NCBI GenBank assembly: GCA_965206595.1
Contig: OZ242214.1
Coordinates: 1,280,001-1,344,000, forward strand
Reading direction: 5' to 3'
DNA: 64,000 bases
Source: Candidatus Latescibacterota bacterium
GTDB taxonomy: Bacteria; Latescibacterota; UBA2968; UBA8231
Shown: piece by piece, positions 10,036 through 19,400 of the stretch
Layout: every line of letters begins with the position of its first letter
Numbering within the stretch: position 1 is the first letter of the stretch
Translations under genes and position numbers: made by a program
The notes under the pieces: generated by a model
What the model was told of the DNA's origin: nothing
The model's input: the letters and a program-made list of their open reading frames with translations, nothing else
Databases searched by the model: none

Positions 10036-11337
10036 ATGAAGGCGCACGTCCGCTACACCGAAACGCTGAGGGGAACACTGAATCCCCCGTCGTCGAAGAA
10101 CTACACGACCCGCTACCTGCTGGCCGCGGCCCTGGCCGAGGGGGAGAGCCGCGTTTATTTCCCCGCCCGCAGCGAGGATTCCGAGGCGCTTCTGAGATGC
10201 CTGCGGGCCCTGGGCGCGGGAATCGAGGAAGAGGCGGACGGCGAAGGGCGCCGGCACCTGCGCATCCGCGGATTCGGCAAGCACCCCCGCCAGGCCGGCA
10301 CCCTGAATGCCGGCAATGCCGGCGCCGTCACCCGCTTCCTGATGGCGATCGGGTCCCTGCTCCCCGAGGTCCGCTTCGAAACCGACTACGCAGGATCGCT
10401 CGGACAGCGGCCGCACGGAGACCTGCTGGCAGCGCTCGCGCAGCTCGGGGCGCGTTCGCAGTCGGACCAGGGAATGCTGCCGGTCACGATCCGCGGCGGC
10501 CGCCTGCGCGGCGGCAGGGTGCAGGTCAGCGGAGCCCTGAGCTCTCAGTTCCTGAGCGCGCTGCTGTTCCTGGCGCCGTTGATCGGCGAGGAGGTCGTGA
10601 TCGAGGTCGTCGACAAGCTGGTTTCGAAGCCCCTGGTGCGGACCACGCTGGAAGTGCTGGCGGCAGCAGGCATCGAAATCGCCGCTCGGGAGGATCTCAT
10701 GCGCTTCGAGATTCCCGGCGGGCAGCAGTACCGGCCGGGAGAGTACTCCGTGAACGGGGACTATCCCTCGGCGGCGGCGGTGCTGGCCGCCGCCGCCGTC
10801 ACCGACAGCGAGATCGCCGTCGAGCGCCTCTTCGAAGACCGGCAGGGGGAGCGCGCCATCATCGAGGTGCTGCGCGGTTTCGGGGTCGGCGTGCAGTACG
10901 ACGGCCGCACCGTGAAGACCGGGAAGCACCTGGGCCTGCGCGGAATCGAGTTCGACGGCGACACCGCCACCGACATGGTCCTGGCGCTGCTGCCGATGGC
11001 GGCTCTGGCGTCGGGTGAGACCCGCGTGTTCGGCGTCGGCAACCTGCGCCTGAAGGAGTGCGACCGCATCTCCGTCCCGGTGCGGGAGCTGCAGCGGATC
11101 GGCGTCGACTGCGAAGAGGGGGCCTCTGAGATCGTCGTCAGGGGGAACCCCGGTGGCTACGAAGGGGGATTCGAGGTAGACACCCACGAGGATCACCGCG
11201 TCGCGCAGATGCTGGCGGTGCTGGGCCTGCGCTGCCGCAGGGGGTTGACCCTCGCCGACGCCGACACCGTCGCCAAGTCCTACCCGGCCTTCTTCGACGA
11301 CCTGATCGCCCTCGGAGCCCGCATCGAACTCCGCTGA
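10036..11337 (+). CDS. aroA: 3-phosphoshikimate 1-carboxyvinyltransferase (EPSP synthase)
   Basis: PSSKNYTTR, GNAG, SSQFLSA, RLKECDRI, DHR, KSYPAF. Confidence 0.95.
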   Translation: MKAHVRYTETLRGTLNPPSSKNYTTRYLLAAALAEGESRVYFPARSEDSEALLRCLRALGAGIEEEADGEGRRHLRIRGFGKHPRQAGTLNAGNAGAVTRFLMAIGSLLPEVRFETDYAGSLGQRPHGDLLAALAQLGARSQSDQGMLPVTIRGGRLRGGRVQVSGALSSQFLSALLFLAPLIGEEVVIEVVDKLVSKPLVRTTLEVLAAAGIEIAAREDLMRFEIPGGQQYRPGEYSVNGDYPSAAAVLAAAAVTDSEIAVERLFEDRQGERAIIEVLRGFGVGVQYDGRTVKTGKHLGLRGIEFDGDTATDMVLALLPMAALASGETRVFGVGNLRLKECDRISVPVRELQRIGVDCEEGASEIVVRGNPGGYEGGFEVDTHEDHRVAQMLAVLGLRCRRGLTLADADTVAKSYPAFFDDLIALGARIELR

Positions 11338-11642
11338 CATGAAATTCCGGGTAAAGCGGATCCCGCCCTTCTTCCGGCGAAACGACCTCATCCGGCCCTT
11401 GTGCTGATTTCAGGCGAAAAGACTCCATTTGGCCGGGCAGATGGTACGGCACCTTCGACCGGGTGGACCACCGCGGCATACCTGAACCCGGGTGCATCCT
11501 CCTTCCTGTTCGGAAACGCTCCCGTCCCCTCGCTCTCGCCGCCTTCTGTTTCGATAGATTGCCCCCCTGCCATCCGGGTGCTGCCATCGCCCCGCCTTCG
11601 CAGCTTCAGAAAGGGATGGATTGACATGCCGACTTCCGGAAG

Positions 11643-12785
11643 GTGCGACTGGTGAAGATTACCGGAGTCCGTGTTCTCGAGGTCGAGGCCTCACGCCGCG
11701 GCAACTGGATCCTCGTCGAGGTGCGGACCGACGCCGGGTTGACGGGAATCGGCGAGGCGAGCCAGAGCGGCAACGATCGCCTCGTTAAGGAGAACCTCCT
11801 GCAGCTCGGGGAGCGGCTCGCCGGCGCCGACCCGACCCAGCCCGAGGTGATCTGGGAACGGCTGACGCGCTCGAGCGACATTTTCGCAGACGGCGCCGGA
11901 CGGGTAGCTGCGACCGCGGTGAGCGCCATCGATCAGGCGCTTTGGGATATCGCCGGGAAGGCGCTCGAGGTTCCGGTCTGGCGCCTGCTGGGGGGCAGGC
12001 GACGCGAGCGAGTGCGGCTCTACGCCAACCTCAACCGCGGTACCCGCGACCGCTCGGTCGAGGGGTTCGCGCGGGCGGCCGGGGCGGCGGTCGAGGCCGG
12101 CTTCCGCGCCGTCAAGTGCACCCCGTTCGACGAGATCAGGCACGACCGGCTCGACCGCGACGGAGTGGAGGAGGACCTCGATCTCGGCGTTGCCCGTATA
12201 GCCGCCTCCCGGGAAGCGGTCGGTCCCGGGGTCGATCTGCTCGTTGACTGCCACTGCCGTTTCAACCTCGCGCTGGCGCGCAAGGTCGCCGAAAAGGTGC
12301 GCGCTCTCGACCTCTACTGGTTCGAGGAACCGCTGCCGCGAGACCAGGTCGGGGAGATGCGCTCGCTGCGCGAGTCCTCCGGGCTGACCCTCGCCGGAGG
12401 GGAGGGGTTCTTCGGGCGCGAGGGGTTCTGGGAATACGTCAGTCAGGGAGCGGTCGACGTCATCATGCCGGACGTCAAGCATGCCGGCGGCATCAGCGAG
12501 TGCCGGCGCATCGCCGCCCTGGCGGAGACGCGGAACATTCCGGTGGCTCCGCACAGTCCGGCCGGACCGGTGTCGACGATCGCCGGGGTCCACCTGGCCG
12601 CGTCGATCCGGAACTTCCTGATCCTGGAGTACGCCTTCGGCGAGGTGCCGTGGCGCGAGCAGCTGATTGCGCCTCCGGAGCGCATCGAAGGCGGTTTCAT
12701 GCGTCTGCCGGAGGGCCCGGGATTTGGGGTGGAGCTCGATCAGGAGACCGTCCGGGCACACTTGGCATGGGAGGGGTTCTCGTGA
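11643..12785 (+). CDS. Mandelate racemase/muconate lactonizing enzyme family acid-sugar dehydratase (DgoD-like)
   Basis: SAIDQALWDIAGK...LLGG, metal ligands in DCH, EEP and GE, and APH. Start may be 11652. Confidence 0.9.
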   Translation: MRLVKITGVRVLEVEASRRGNWILVEVRTDAGLTGIGEASQSGNDRLVKENLLQLGERLAGADPTQPEVIWERLTRSSDIFADGAGRVAATAVSAIDQALWDIAGKALEVPVWRLLGGRRRERVRLYANLNRGTRDRSVEGFARAAGAAVEAGFRAVKCTPFDEIRHDRLDRDGVEEDLDLGVARIAASREAVGPGVDLLVDCHCRFNLALARKVAEKVRALDLYWFEEPLPRDQVGEMRSLRESSGLTLAGGEGFFGREGFWEYVSQGAVDVIMPDVKHAGGISECRRIAALAETRNIPVAPHSPAGPVSTIAGVHLAASIRNFLILEYAFGEVPWREQLIAPPERIEGGFMRLPEGPGFGVELDQETVRAHLAWEGFS

Positions 12786-14956
12786 AAAAATCTGCTATTC
12801 CCGTTGCCGCAGTAGCCGTACTGGCGGGCTTGTTTTCCGCCGCCGAGGGGATCGAACCCGACCGCCACCCGGTGCGGGCGGAGCTGGTCGCCAGCCGCGC
12901 ATCGGTACGGGCGGGGGAGCCGTTCGAGCTCGGGGTGAGACTCGAGATCGACGAGGGGTGGCACACCTACTGGCGCTACGCCGGCTCCGCGGGAGCGCCG
13001 AGCCGTGTCGACTGGAGGCTGCCGCCGGGACTGCAGGCGGGGGAACTGCGCTGGGAGGTGCCGCAGAAATACGACGAGCAGGGCCTGGTCGTGTACGGGT
13101 ACGCCGGCGAGACCATGCTCAGCGCCGAGGTCAGCGGGGTACCGCAGGCCGCGGATTCCCTCGCCATCGCCGCCGAGGTAGGCTGGCTGGTCTGCCGCGA
13201 GCTTTGCATCCCCGGCGACACCCTGCTGACTCTGATGCTGCCGCTTGCCGGTGCCGGGTCAGCCGCCAACGAGGATCTCTTCGAACGGCACCGCCAGCTC
13301 TTTCCCTTGCCCTGGGAGGGCCCGGCCGAGCCGGTGCGCCTGCAGCACCGGGTCGAAGACGGGCCGGAGGGCGGGGAAACGGTGGCCCTGACCATCACCC
13401 CGCAGGGAGGGGATGTCGCAGTCGACGGCGCCACCCCGGACTTCTACCCGATCGAAGGGGAGGGTTTCTGGCTCGATCCCCCTTCGCGCCGCCTCGATTC
13501 CACCACTTCCCAGGTGCATCTGCGGCTGAACCTGTACCTCGAGGGAGAGGAAAGGCCTGGCGAGTTGATGGGAGTGGTGGTGTACGAGAGGCCCGGGGAT
13601 CGGCGCCCCTCATACAAGACCGTCACTCTCGATCTCGCGGCCGGCCGCCGAACCGGCCTGTCGGCACTGGAGTTCACCGGCGCCCAGCCTTCCGCGGCGG
13701 ACTCTCTTCCTGCGTACCTGTTCTTCGCCCTGATCGGCGGGCTGATCCTCAACCTGATGCCCTGCGTCTTTCCGGTGATCTCGCTGAAGGTGCTGGGGTT
13801 CGTGTCGCAGGCCGGCGAGTCGCGCGCCCGCGCCCGGCAGCTCGGGCTGGCGTTCTCGGCAGGAGTGGTGGCGACCTTCCTCGGTCTCGCCGCCGCGGTC
13901 CTGCTGCTGAAGTCGGGTGGGGACCAGATCGGCTGGGGATTCCAGTTCCAGTCGCCGGCGTTCGTCATCTTCCTCTGCGCCCTGGTGTTCCTGTTGAGCC
14001 TGAGCCTGTTCGGCCTGATAACCGTGCGCATCGCCGTAGGGCAGGGGAATCTCGGGGGACTCGCAGACGGGGAGGGGCTCGCCGGCAACTTTTTCAACGG
14101 CGTCCTCGCGACGATCCTGGCGACCCCCTGCACCGCCCCCTTTCTGGGCACTGCCCTCGGGTTTGCCTTCAGCCAGAGCGCCGGGGTCACCGTGGGGATC
14201 TTCCTGGTGACCGGACTGGGAATGGCGCTTCCGTACGTCCTGCTCGCGGTGGAGCCGGGCTGGCTCCGCTTCCTGCCGCGGCCCGGTCCCTGGATGGAGC
14301 GCTTCAAGCAGCTGATGGGGTTCCTGCTGGCGGCCACGGCGCTGTGGCTGCTGTGGGTGCTCGGCAAGCAGCTCGGCGTTGAAGCGGTGATATGGACCGC
14401 CGCCTTCCTGCTGGCCCTGGCGATGGCGGCGTGGATCCCGGGGCAGTGGATCGACCTGCGCAGCTCGGGGAGGCAGCGGGCCGGCGCCTGGGTGGCTGCA
14501 GCGGCCGTAATCCTGGCCTCCTACGCGGTTTTTCTGCACCCCCTGCTGGCCGCGGAACGGCAGCTTACCGAGGCGTCCGCCACGGAGTCGGCCGGGTGGC
14601 TCGATTTTTCGCAAAACGAGGTGGAAGCCCAGGTAGCCGCGGGCCGCCACGTCTTCATCGATTTCACCGCGGAGTGGTGCTGGACCTGCAAGGTCAACAA
14701 ACGGGCGGTGCTCGACACCGAGGAGGTGCGCGACCGGTTCTCGCGGCTGGACGTCGCCCTCGTGCGCGCCGACTGGACGAACCGCAATCCGGAGATCGCC
14801 GGCCTGTTGAGGGCCTTCGGGCGCTCGGGAGTCCCGCTCTACGTGATTTTCCCCGGCGGCCGCATCGATGCCCCCCTGGTACTGCCCGAGGTGATTACCA
14901 CCGGAATCCTCTTCGATGCCCTTGAGGAGGCGGAAAAAAGGCGTACACAGGGCTGA
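12782..14956 (+). CDS. dsbD: Protein-disulfide reductase DsbD family (N-domain, TM domain, thioredoxin)
   Basis: Signal peptide; GWHTYW; VCRELCIP; LNLMPCVFPV; ATPCTAP; TAEWCWTC. GTG overlaps the previous stop. Confidence 0.92.
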   Translation: MKKSAIPVAAVAVLAGLFSAAEGIEPDRHPVRAELVASRASVRAGEPFELGVRLEIDEGWHTYWRYAGSAGAPSRVDWRLPPGLQAGELRWEVPQKYDEQGLVVYGYAGETMLSAEVSGVPQAADSLAIAAEVGWLVCRELCIPGDTLLTLMLPLAGAGSAANEDLFERHRQLFPLPWEGPAEPVRLQHRVEDGPEGGETVALTITPQGGDVAVDGATPDFYPIEGEGFWLDPPSRRLDSTTSQVHLRLNLYLEGEERPGELMGVVVYERPGDRRPSYKTVTLDLAAGRRTGLSALEFTGAQPSAADSLPAYLFFALIGGLILNLMPCVFPVISLKVLGFVSQAGESRARARQLGLAFSAGVVATFLGLAAAVLLLKSGGDQIGWGFQFQSPAFVIFLCALVFLLSLSLFGLITVRIAVGQGNLGGLADGEGLAGNFFNGVLATILATPCTAPFLGTALGFAFSQSAGVTVGIFLVTGLGMALPYVLLAVEPGWLRFLPRPGPWMERFKQLMGFLLAATALWLLWVLGKQLGVEAVIWTAAFLLALAMAAWIPGQWIDLRSSGRQRAGAWVAAAAVILASYAVFLHPLLAAERQLTEASATESAGWLDFSQNEVEAQVAAGRHVFIDFTAEWCWTCKVNKRAVLDTEEVRDRFSRLDVALVRADWTNRNPEIAGLLRAFGRSGVPLYVIFPGGRIDAPLVLPEVITTGILFDALEEAEKRRTQG

Positions 14957-14968
14957 GCCGGAAAGCTG

Positions 14969-15979
14969 ATGGCGGAGGAAGAACGGATCATGAAGACTAC
15001 GGTTGTGGGCAGTTACCCGATCCCGGACTGGCTGGCGGCGATGCCGTCGAGGCAGGCGCTCGCGGACGCCATGGCCGTCGTTCTCAAGACTCAGGAGCTC
15101 GCCGGCATCGACGTAGTCGCCGACGGCGAGCTCTCCCGTTTCGACGTCAACCACCCGGAAACCAACGGCATGATCGATTACTTCGTGCGGCCGCTGGAGA
15201 ACGTGCGCGGCGAGATCACCCGGGCCGACGCCGCGGAATTTCGCAGGAATGAAGGAATGTCGTATCGCGCCCGGCCCAGCGCCGTCGTCGAGGGCCCGCT
15301 GGCCGAGGGCACCCTCGACCTGCCGGGGGATTTCCGGCTCGCCCGCGGCCTCACCGCCCGCCCCCTGAAGTTCACCCTGACCGGGCCCCACATGCTGGCC
15401 AAGACCCTTCTCGACCGGCATTACCGCTCGACCCCGGAGCTGTGTCTGGCCCTGGCCGAAGTCCTCGCCGGCCAGGTTGCGGAGATCGACGCCGACGTGG
15501 TCCAGGTGGACGAGGCCAACCTCCCGGGTCATCCGCAGGAGTGGAGGTGGGCGCTCGAAGGGATCAACCGCATCCTCGACGCGGTGCCGAAGACGCCGGC
15601 CGTGCACCTCTGCTTCGGCAACTACGGCGGCCAGTCGATCCAGAAGGGAACCTGGGAGCAGCTTGTCGACTACCTGAGCAGCCTGCACTGCGACCACGTG
15701 CTGCTCGAGCTCGCCCACCGCGGCAATTGCGAGCTCCCCCACCTCGGGCGGGTCGACCCGAAAATCCGCTTCGGCCTCGGGGTCGTCGACATCAAGTCGA
15801 CCGTCGTCGAGAGCGCCGACCTCATCGCCGCCCGCATCGAGGAGGCGGCTGCGGCGGTCGGCGAGGAGCGCATCGCCTTCGTCAACCCGGACTGCGGCCT
15901 GTGGATGCTCAAGCGGTCGGTGGCCGACCGCAAGATCGAAGCCCTCGTCGCCGGACGGGATGCGTTCGCGGGCAACTGA
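14969..15979 (+). CDS. Cobalamin-independent methionine synthase II family protein (single barrel)
   Basis: TTVVGSYP, DGE, QVDE, HLCFGN, NPDCG. Confidence 0.85.
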   Translation: MAEEERIMKTTVVGSYPIPDWLAAMPSRQALADAMAVVLKTQELAGIDVVADGELSRFDVNHPETNGMIDYFVRPLENVRGEITRADAAEFRRNEGMSYRARPSAVVEGPLAEGTLDLPGDFRLARGLTARPLKFTLTGPHMLAKTLLDRHYRSTPELCLALAEVLAGQVAEIDADVVQVDEANLPGHPQEWRWALEGINRILDAVPKTPAVHLCFGNYGGQSIQKGTWEQLVDYLSSLHCDHVLLELAHRGNCELPHLGRVDPKIRFGLGVVDIKSTVVESADLIAARIEEAAAAVGEERIAFVNPDCGLWMLKRSVADRKIEALVAGRDAFAGN

Positions 15980-16032
15980 GCGGTCGCTCGGGGACTGCCA
16001 GTGTTCGGCGCGCGCAGGCACCAGCTTCGCAA

Positions 16033-16911
16033 GTGACCTCCGTTTCCGTCGTCGTTCCGGTGTTCAACCGCAGGGAGCTCGTGGCCCGGGCCCTGGAATC
16101 GGTATCGGCCCAGACCTTCACCGACTACGAGATCATCGTCGTCGACGACGCCTCGACGGATGCTACCTGGGAGTACCTCGGATCCGAATGGAAGGAAGCG
16201 CCGCTGCGGCGGCTGCGGCACCGGATCAACTCGGGGGTGTCCGCGGCGCGCAACACCGCTATCGAGGCGGCTCGCGGAGACTGGATCGCCTTGCTCGATT
16301 CCGACGACGAGTGGATGCCGGAGAAGCTCGAAGTACAGATGGCGGCCCTCGCGGAAAGCGGCTTGGCGGTCTGCCACACCGACGAGATCTGGATCCGCAA
16401 CGGCGTGCGCGTGAACCCGCACAAGCACCACGCCAAGCAGGGCGGCCGCATCTTCCAGCACGCCCTGCCGCGGTGCATCATCTCCCCCTCCTCCCTCCTG
16501 CTGCGGCGCTCGGTTTTCGACGCCATCGGCCTGTTCGACGAATCGCTGCCGGCCTGCGAGGACTACGAGCTGTTTCTCAGGCTGACCTGCCGCTTCGAGG
16601 TGGTCTACCTCGAGCAGAAGCTCACCGTCAAGTACGGAGGTCACGCAGACCAGCTGTCGCGGGCGCACCCGGCCATGGACCGGTTTCGCGTCCGCGCCCT
16701 CGACCGCCTGCTGGCGGACGCGACCGCGCCGTTGTCGGCCGAAGAGCGGGCAGCGGCGCGCGACACCCTGATCCGCAAGGCCGCTATCGTCCGCGACGGC
16801 GCCGTCAAGCGCGGCAATACCGGCCTGCAGGAAGCAATGGCGGAATACCTGTCGCGCTGGGGGCCGCTGCCGGCGAGGACTGCCTCCCAGGATCCTGAGA
16901 CCGTTCCATAA
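16033..16911 (+). CDS. Glycosyltransferase family 2
   Basis: VSVVVPVFNR, VVDDASTD, GVSAARN, LDSDD, CEDYEL. Confidence 0.92.
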   Translation: MTSVSVVVPVFNRRELVARALESVSAQTFTDYEIIVVDDASTDATWEYLGSEWKEAPLRRLRHRINSGVSAARNTAIEAARGDWIALLDSDDEWMPEKLEVQMAALAESGLAVCHTDEIWIRNGVRVNPHKHHAKQGGRIFQHALPRCIISPSSLLLRRSVFDAIGLFDESLPACEDYELFLRLTCRFEVVYLEQKLTVKYGGHADQLSRAHPAMDRFRVRALDRLLADATAPLSAEERAAARDTLIRKAAIVRDGAVKRGNTGLQEAMAEYLSRWGPLPARTASQDPETVP

Positions 16912-17074
16912 CGGGGTGGTTCCTGGGCGACGGATCGCCAACAGATCGTGGGGACCGGGCGGATCTGGCCAGGAGTTCTTGTTGCTGTATCGGTCCGGGG
17001 GGTGGGTCGGTTCCCGGCAGCACCGTCCTTCGCCGGGGATTCCCGGGCACGCAGCCACTGATTCTCCAAGGCCG

Positions 17075-18094
17075 CTAGTGCAGCTCGAACAGGTTCTCGA
17101 AGTAGCGCCCGCAGTCGCACAACGTCACCGGAACGTTACAGCGCCGCTCGATCTCCGCGATCAGCCCCCGGACCGGAGGGGTCAGTCCGGCCGCGCAGCA
17201 CGCGCCCTCGACGGCGCGGTCGAAGTGGTCGCAGAAGGTCAGCGCTACCGCGGTCGGGCCGTTGAGCATGACCGCCTCCTCGAGGTGCTCCCACGAGATG
17301 CCCGCGGCCTTGCGCCGGCGCCTGCCGCTGGTGACCCCGTGTTCGACGATCCCCCGCTCTTCCACCGCGGCCTCCGGCAGCTGCAGCGGCAGCGGGCCGG
17401 CTCCGACCCGGCTCGGCAGCGCCTTGATGACGAGCACGACCTCGCCGATGTGCCGCCAGCTGAGACCGGCGTCGTCGGCCAATGCTGCGGCGGTGCAGTT
17501 GTCGCTGGTGCAGAAGGGGTAGTCGGGAGTCAGGGCGAGCGACAGGTGGCTGCCCTGGCTGCCCTCGATCACCACCGTCTCCCCGGCGGCGCAGGCGGTG
17601 TTCAGCTCGCGCGCCACGTCCGCGGTCAGCGGCGCCAGCTCCTCGATGTCCCGGGCCTGCCGCGCCCTGCGCATGACGAACTCGGCCCTGGCGACGCCGC
17701 TGCCGCTGGCGACCGTGCCGATGCCGGTCAGGTGAGGGTCCGCGGCCTCGCGCTCGCGGTATTCCGGCAGGATGACGGGACAGCGGTAGTCGACGCGGAC
17801 GCGGCCGGAGAGCCGAAAGGCGGCATCGTGTCGGGCGATCTCGGACGTCAGCTTCTGCGGGTCGACGGCGACGCCGCTGCCGACCCGCAGCCCGGTGCCG
17901 GGGTCGAGGAATCCGCAGGGGAGCTGGTGGGTGCGGATTTCGCGGCCGTCCTCGAAATGGACGCTGTGGCCGGCGTTGGTTCCGGTGCCGGCGCGGACGC
18001 AGTACGCGGCCCGGTGCTTCCGGGACAGCCAGGCCGAGACCTTGCCCTTTCCCGAATCCCCCCAGAAGGCGTCGACGACGATGATTGCGCTCAT
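17075..18094 (-). CDS. purA: Adenylosuccinate synthetase, short archaeal-type (339 aa), divergent
   Basis: WGDSGKGK, GTNAGHSV, EGSQG, YPFCTS, SRVGAGP, GVTSGRRR, TFCD. Confidence 0.8.
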   Translation of the reverse strand: MSAIIVVDAFWGDSGKGKVSAWLSRKHRAAYCVRAGTGTNAGHSVHFEDGREIRTHQLPCGFLDPGTGLRVGSGVAVDPQKLTSEIARHDAAFRLSGRVRVDYRCPVILPEYREREAADPHLTGIGTVASGSGVARAEFVMRRARQARDIEELAPLTADVARELNTACAAGETVVIEGSQGSHLSLALTPDYPFCTSDNCTAAALADDAGLSWRHIGEVVLVIKALPSRVGAGPLPLQLPEAAVEERGIVEHGVTSGRRRRKAAGISWEHLEEAVMLNGPTAVALTFCDHFDRAVEGACCAAGLTPPVRGLIAEIERRCNVPVTLCDCGRYFENLFELH

Positions 18095-18131
18095 TCCCCG
18101 TTCTCCTGAATCCAGTTCGCGTTGACTTCGC

Positions 18132-18151
18132 CGAGCGGCGCGCGCCGCTCG
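18132..18151. repeat. Perfect 20-bp palindrome cgagcggcgcgcgccgctcg in the purA 5' region
   Basis: Self-complementary on direct inspection. Confidence 0.8.
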
Positions 18152-18177
18152 CAAACCAGGATACCGTTCGGGCGAGC

Positions 18178-18192
18178 ATAATCAAAATTTAT
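18178..18192. promoter_or_regulatory. Candidate LysR recognition box ATAA-N7-TTAT (T-N11-A)
   Basis: Lies in an AT-rich patch between the divergent purA and LysR genes. Confidence 0.6.
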
Positions 18193-18238
18193 ATATTTCA
18201 TGAATACCATAATTATTGAATATCAAGGGAGCGATGAG

Positions 18239-19132
18239 ATGGAGCTGCATCAACTGCAGGGTTTTTTCGAGGTGGCGCGCGAGGGAAGCTTCACCCGCGC
18301 TGCCGACAAGCTCTACCTGACGCAGCCGGCGATCAGCCTGCAGCTCAAGGGGCTCGAGGAGGAGCTGGGGGAGACGCTGTTCGAGCGCCGCCGCCGCAAC
18401 GCCCGGCTGACCCCGGCGGGGGAGATCCTGTTCCGGCGGGCAAAGGCGGTGTTCGACGAGCTCGCCGCCGCCCGCGCCGAGATCGAGGGCCTGCGGCAGG
18501 TGTTGCGGGGGAGGCTGGTGATCGGCACGAGCGACACAAACTGCTCGTACGTGCTGCCGCCCGTGCTGCGGGGATTCCGCGACCGCTATCCCGAGGTCGA
18601 GATCGACATACGCAACAAGATGTCGTCCGAGGTGGGGCGCATGGTGCTCGGGGACGAGGTCGACCTCGGGTTGGCGACTCTGCCGGTGCGCCATCGCAGC
18701 CTCGTAAACGAGGTCCTGTTCGCGCGCCGCGACGTCCTTATCTGCCGGCCCGACCACGAGCTGGCGGGGAAGCGCTCGACGACGCTGAAAACAGTGGCGG
18801 CGCAGCCGCTGCTGGCGCTCGAGCAGGGGAGCACGACGCGGAAACTGATGGACGAGATGTTCCTGCGCGCCGGTCTCGACATCGAGGTGGCGATGAACCT
18901 CGGCAGCATCGAGGTGCTGAAAAGGTTCGTGGAGATCGGGCTCGGGCTAGCCTTGGTGCCGGAGGTGGCGGTCGCCGCGGAGACCGCGGCGGGAAGGCTG
19001 GCCGCGGTGCCTGTGGCCGGGTTGCCGGCCCGGGACATCGGCCTCGTAGAGCACAAGGGGCGCAGCCGTTCGGCGGCGGCGGCGGCCTTCGTCGAGATGC
19101 TGCAGGCGCAGCTTTCGGGAAAGAAGCTGTGA
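18239..19132 (+). CDS. LysR-family transcriptional regulator
   Basis: SFTRAADKLYLTQPAISLQLKGLEEELGETLFER helix-turn-helix. Confidence 0.95.
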   Translation: MELHQLQGFFEVAREGSFTRAADKLYLTQPAISLQLKGLEEELGETLFERRRRNARLTPAGEILFRRAKAVFDELAAARAEIEGLRQVLRGRLVIGTSDTNCSYVLPPVLRGFRDRYPEVEIDIRNKMSSEVGRMVLGDEVDLGLATLPVRHRSLVNEVLFARRDVLICRPDHELAGKRSTTLKTVAAQPLLALEQGSTTRKLMDEMFLRAGLDIEVAMNLGSIEVLKRFVEIGLGLALVPEVAVAAETAAGRLAAVPVAGLPARDIGLVEHKGRSRSAAAAAFVEMLQAQLSGKKL

Positions 19133-19400
19133 TGATGGGGCGAACCCGTGAAGGGCATCCCTCGAGGGGCTGTCTGCATCGGTCCCGGCGGCTGCGCCTG
19201 CGTCCGGCCCGTTGCCCTCGGTCGGAGGGCTTCCCTCGCCAAACCGTCAGGGTTCCCGGGTTACGGCCTTGGCAATCCCGTCCAGGTGGCCGGGGAGGGA
19301 TGGCACCGAGGTAAAGGCGCGACACTCACGCTCGGGATCGAAGTGCCCGGCAGGGGCCCAGCCGTCACCTGCCGGGCAAAACGCCTATCTGGAATAACCG

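Noticed and set aside
17075-18094. PurZ (2-aminoadenine, Z-genome) assignment
   Set aside because: The catalytic Asp is retained (GDSGKG, not GSxGKG), and there is no phage context, datZ or mazZ.
19344-19378. Hairpin tgcccggcagg...cctgccgggca as an intrinsic terminator
   Set aside because: No U-tract follows it on either strand. It may still be a 3' stabilising hairpin.
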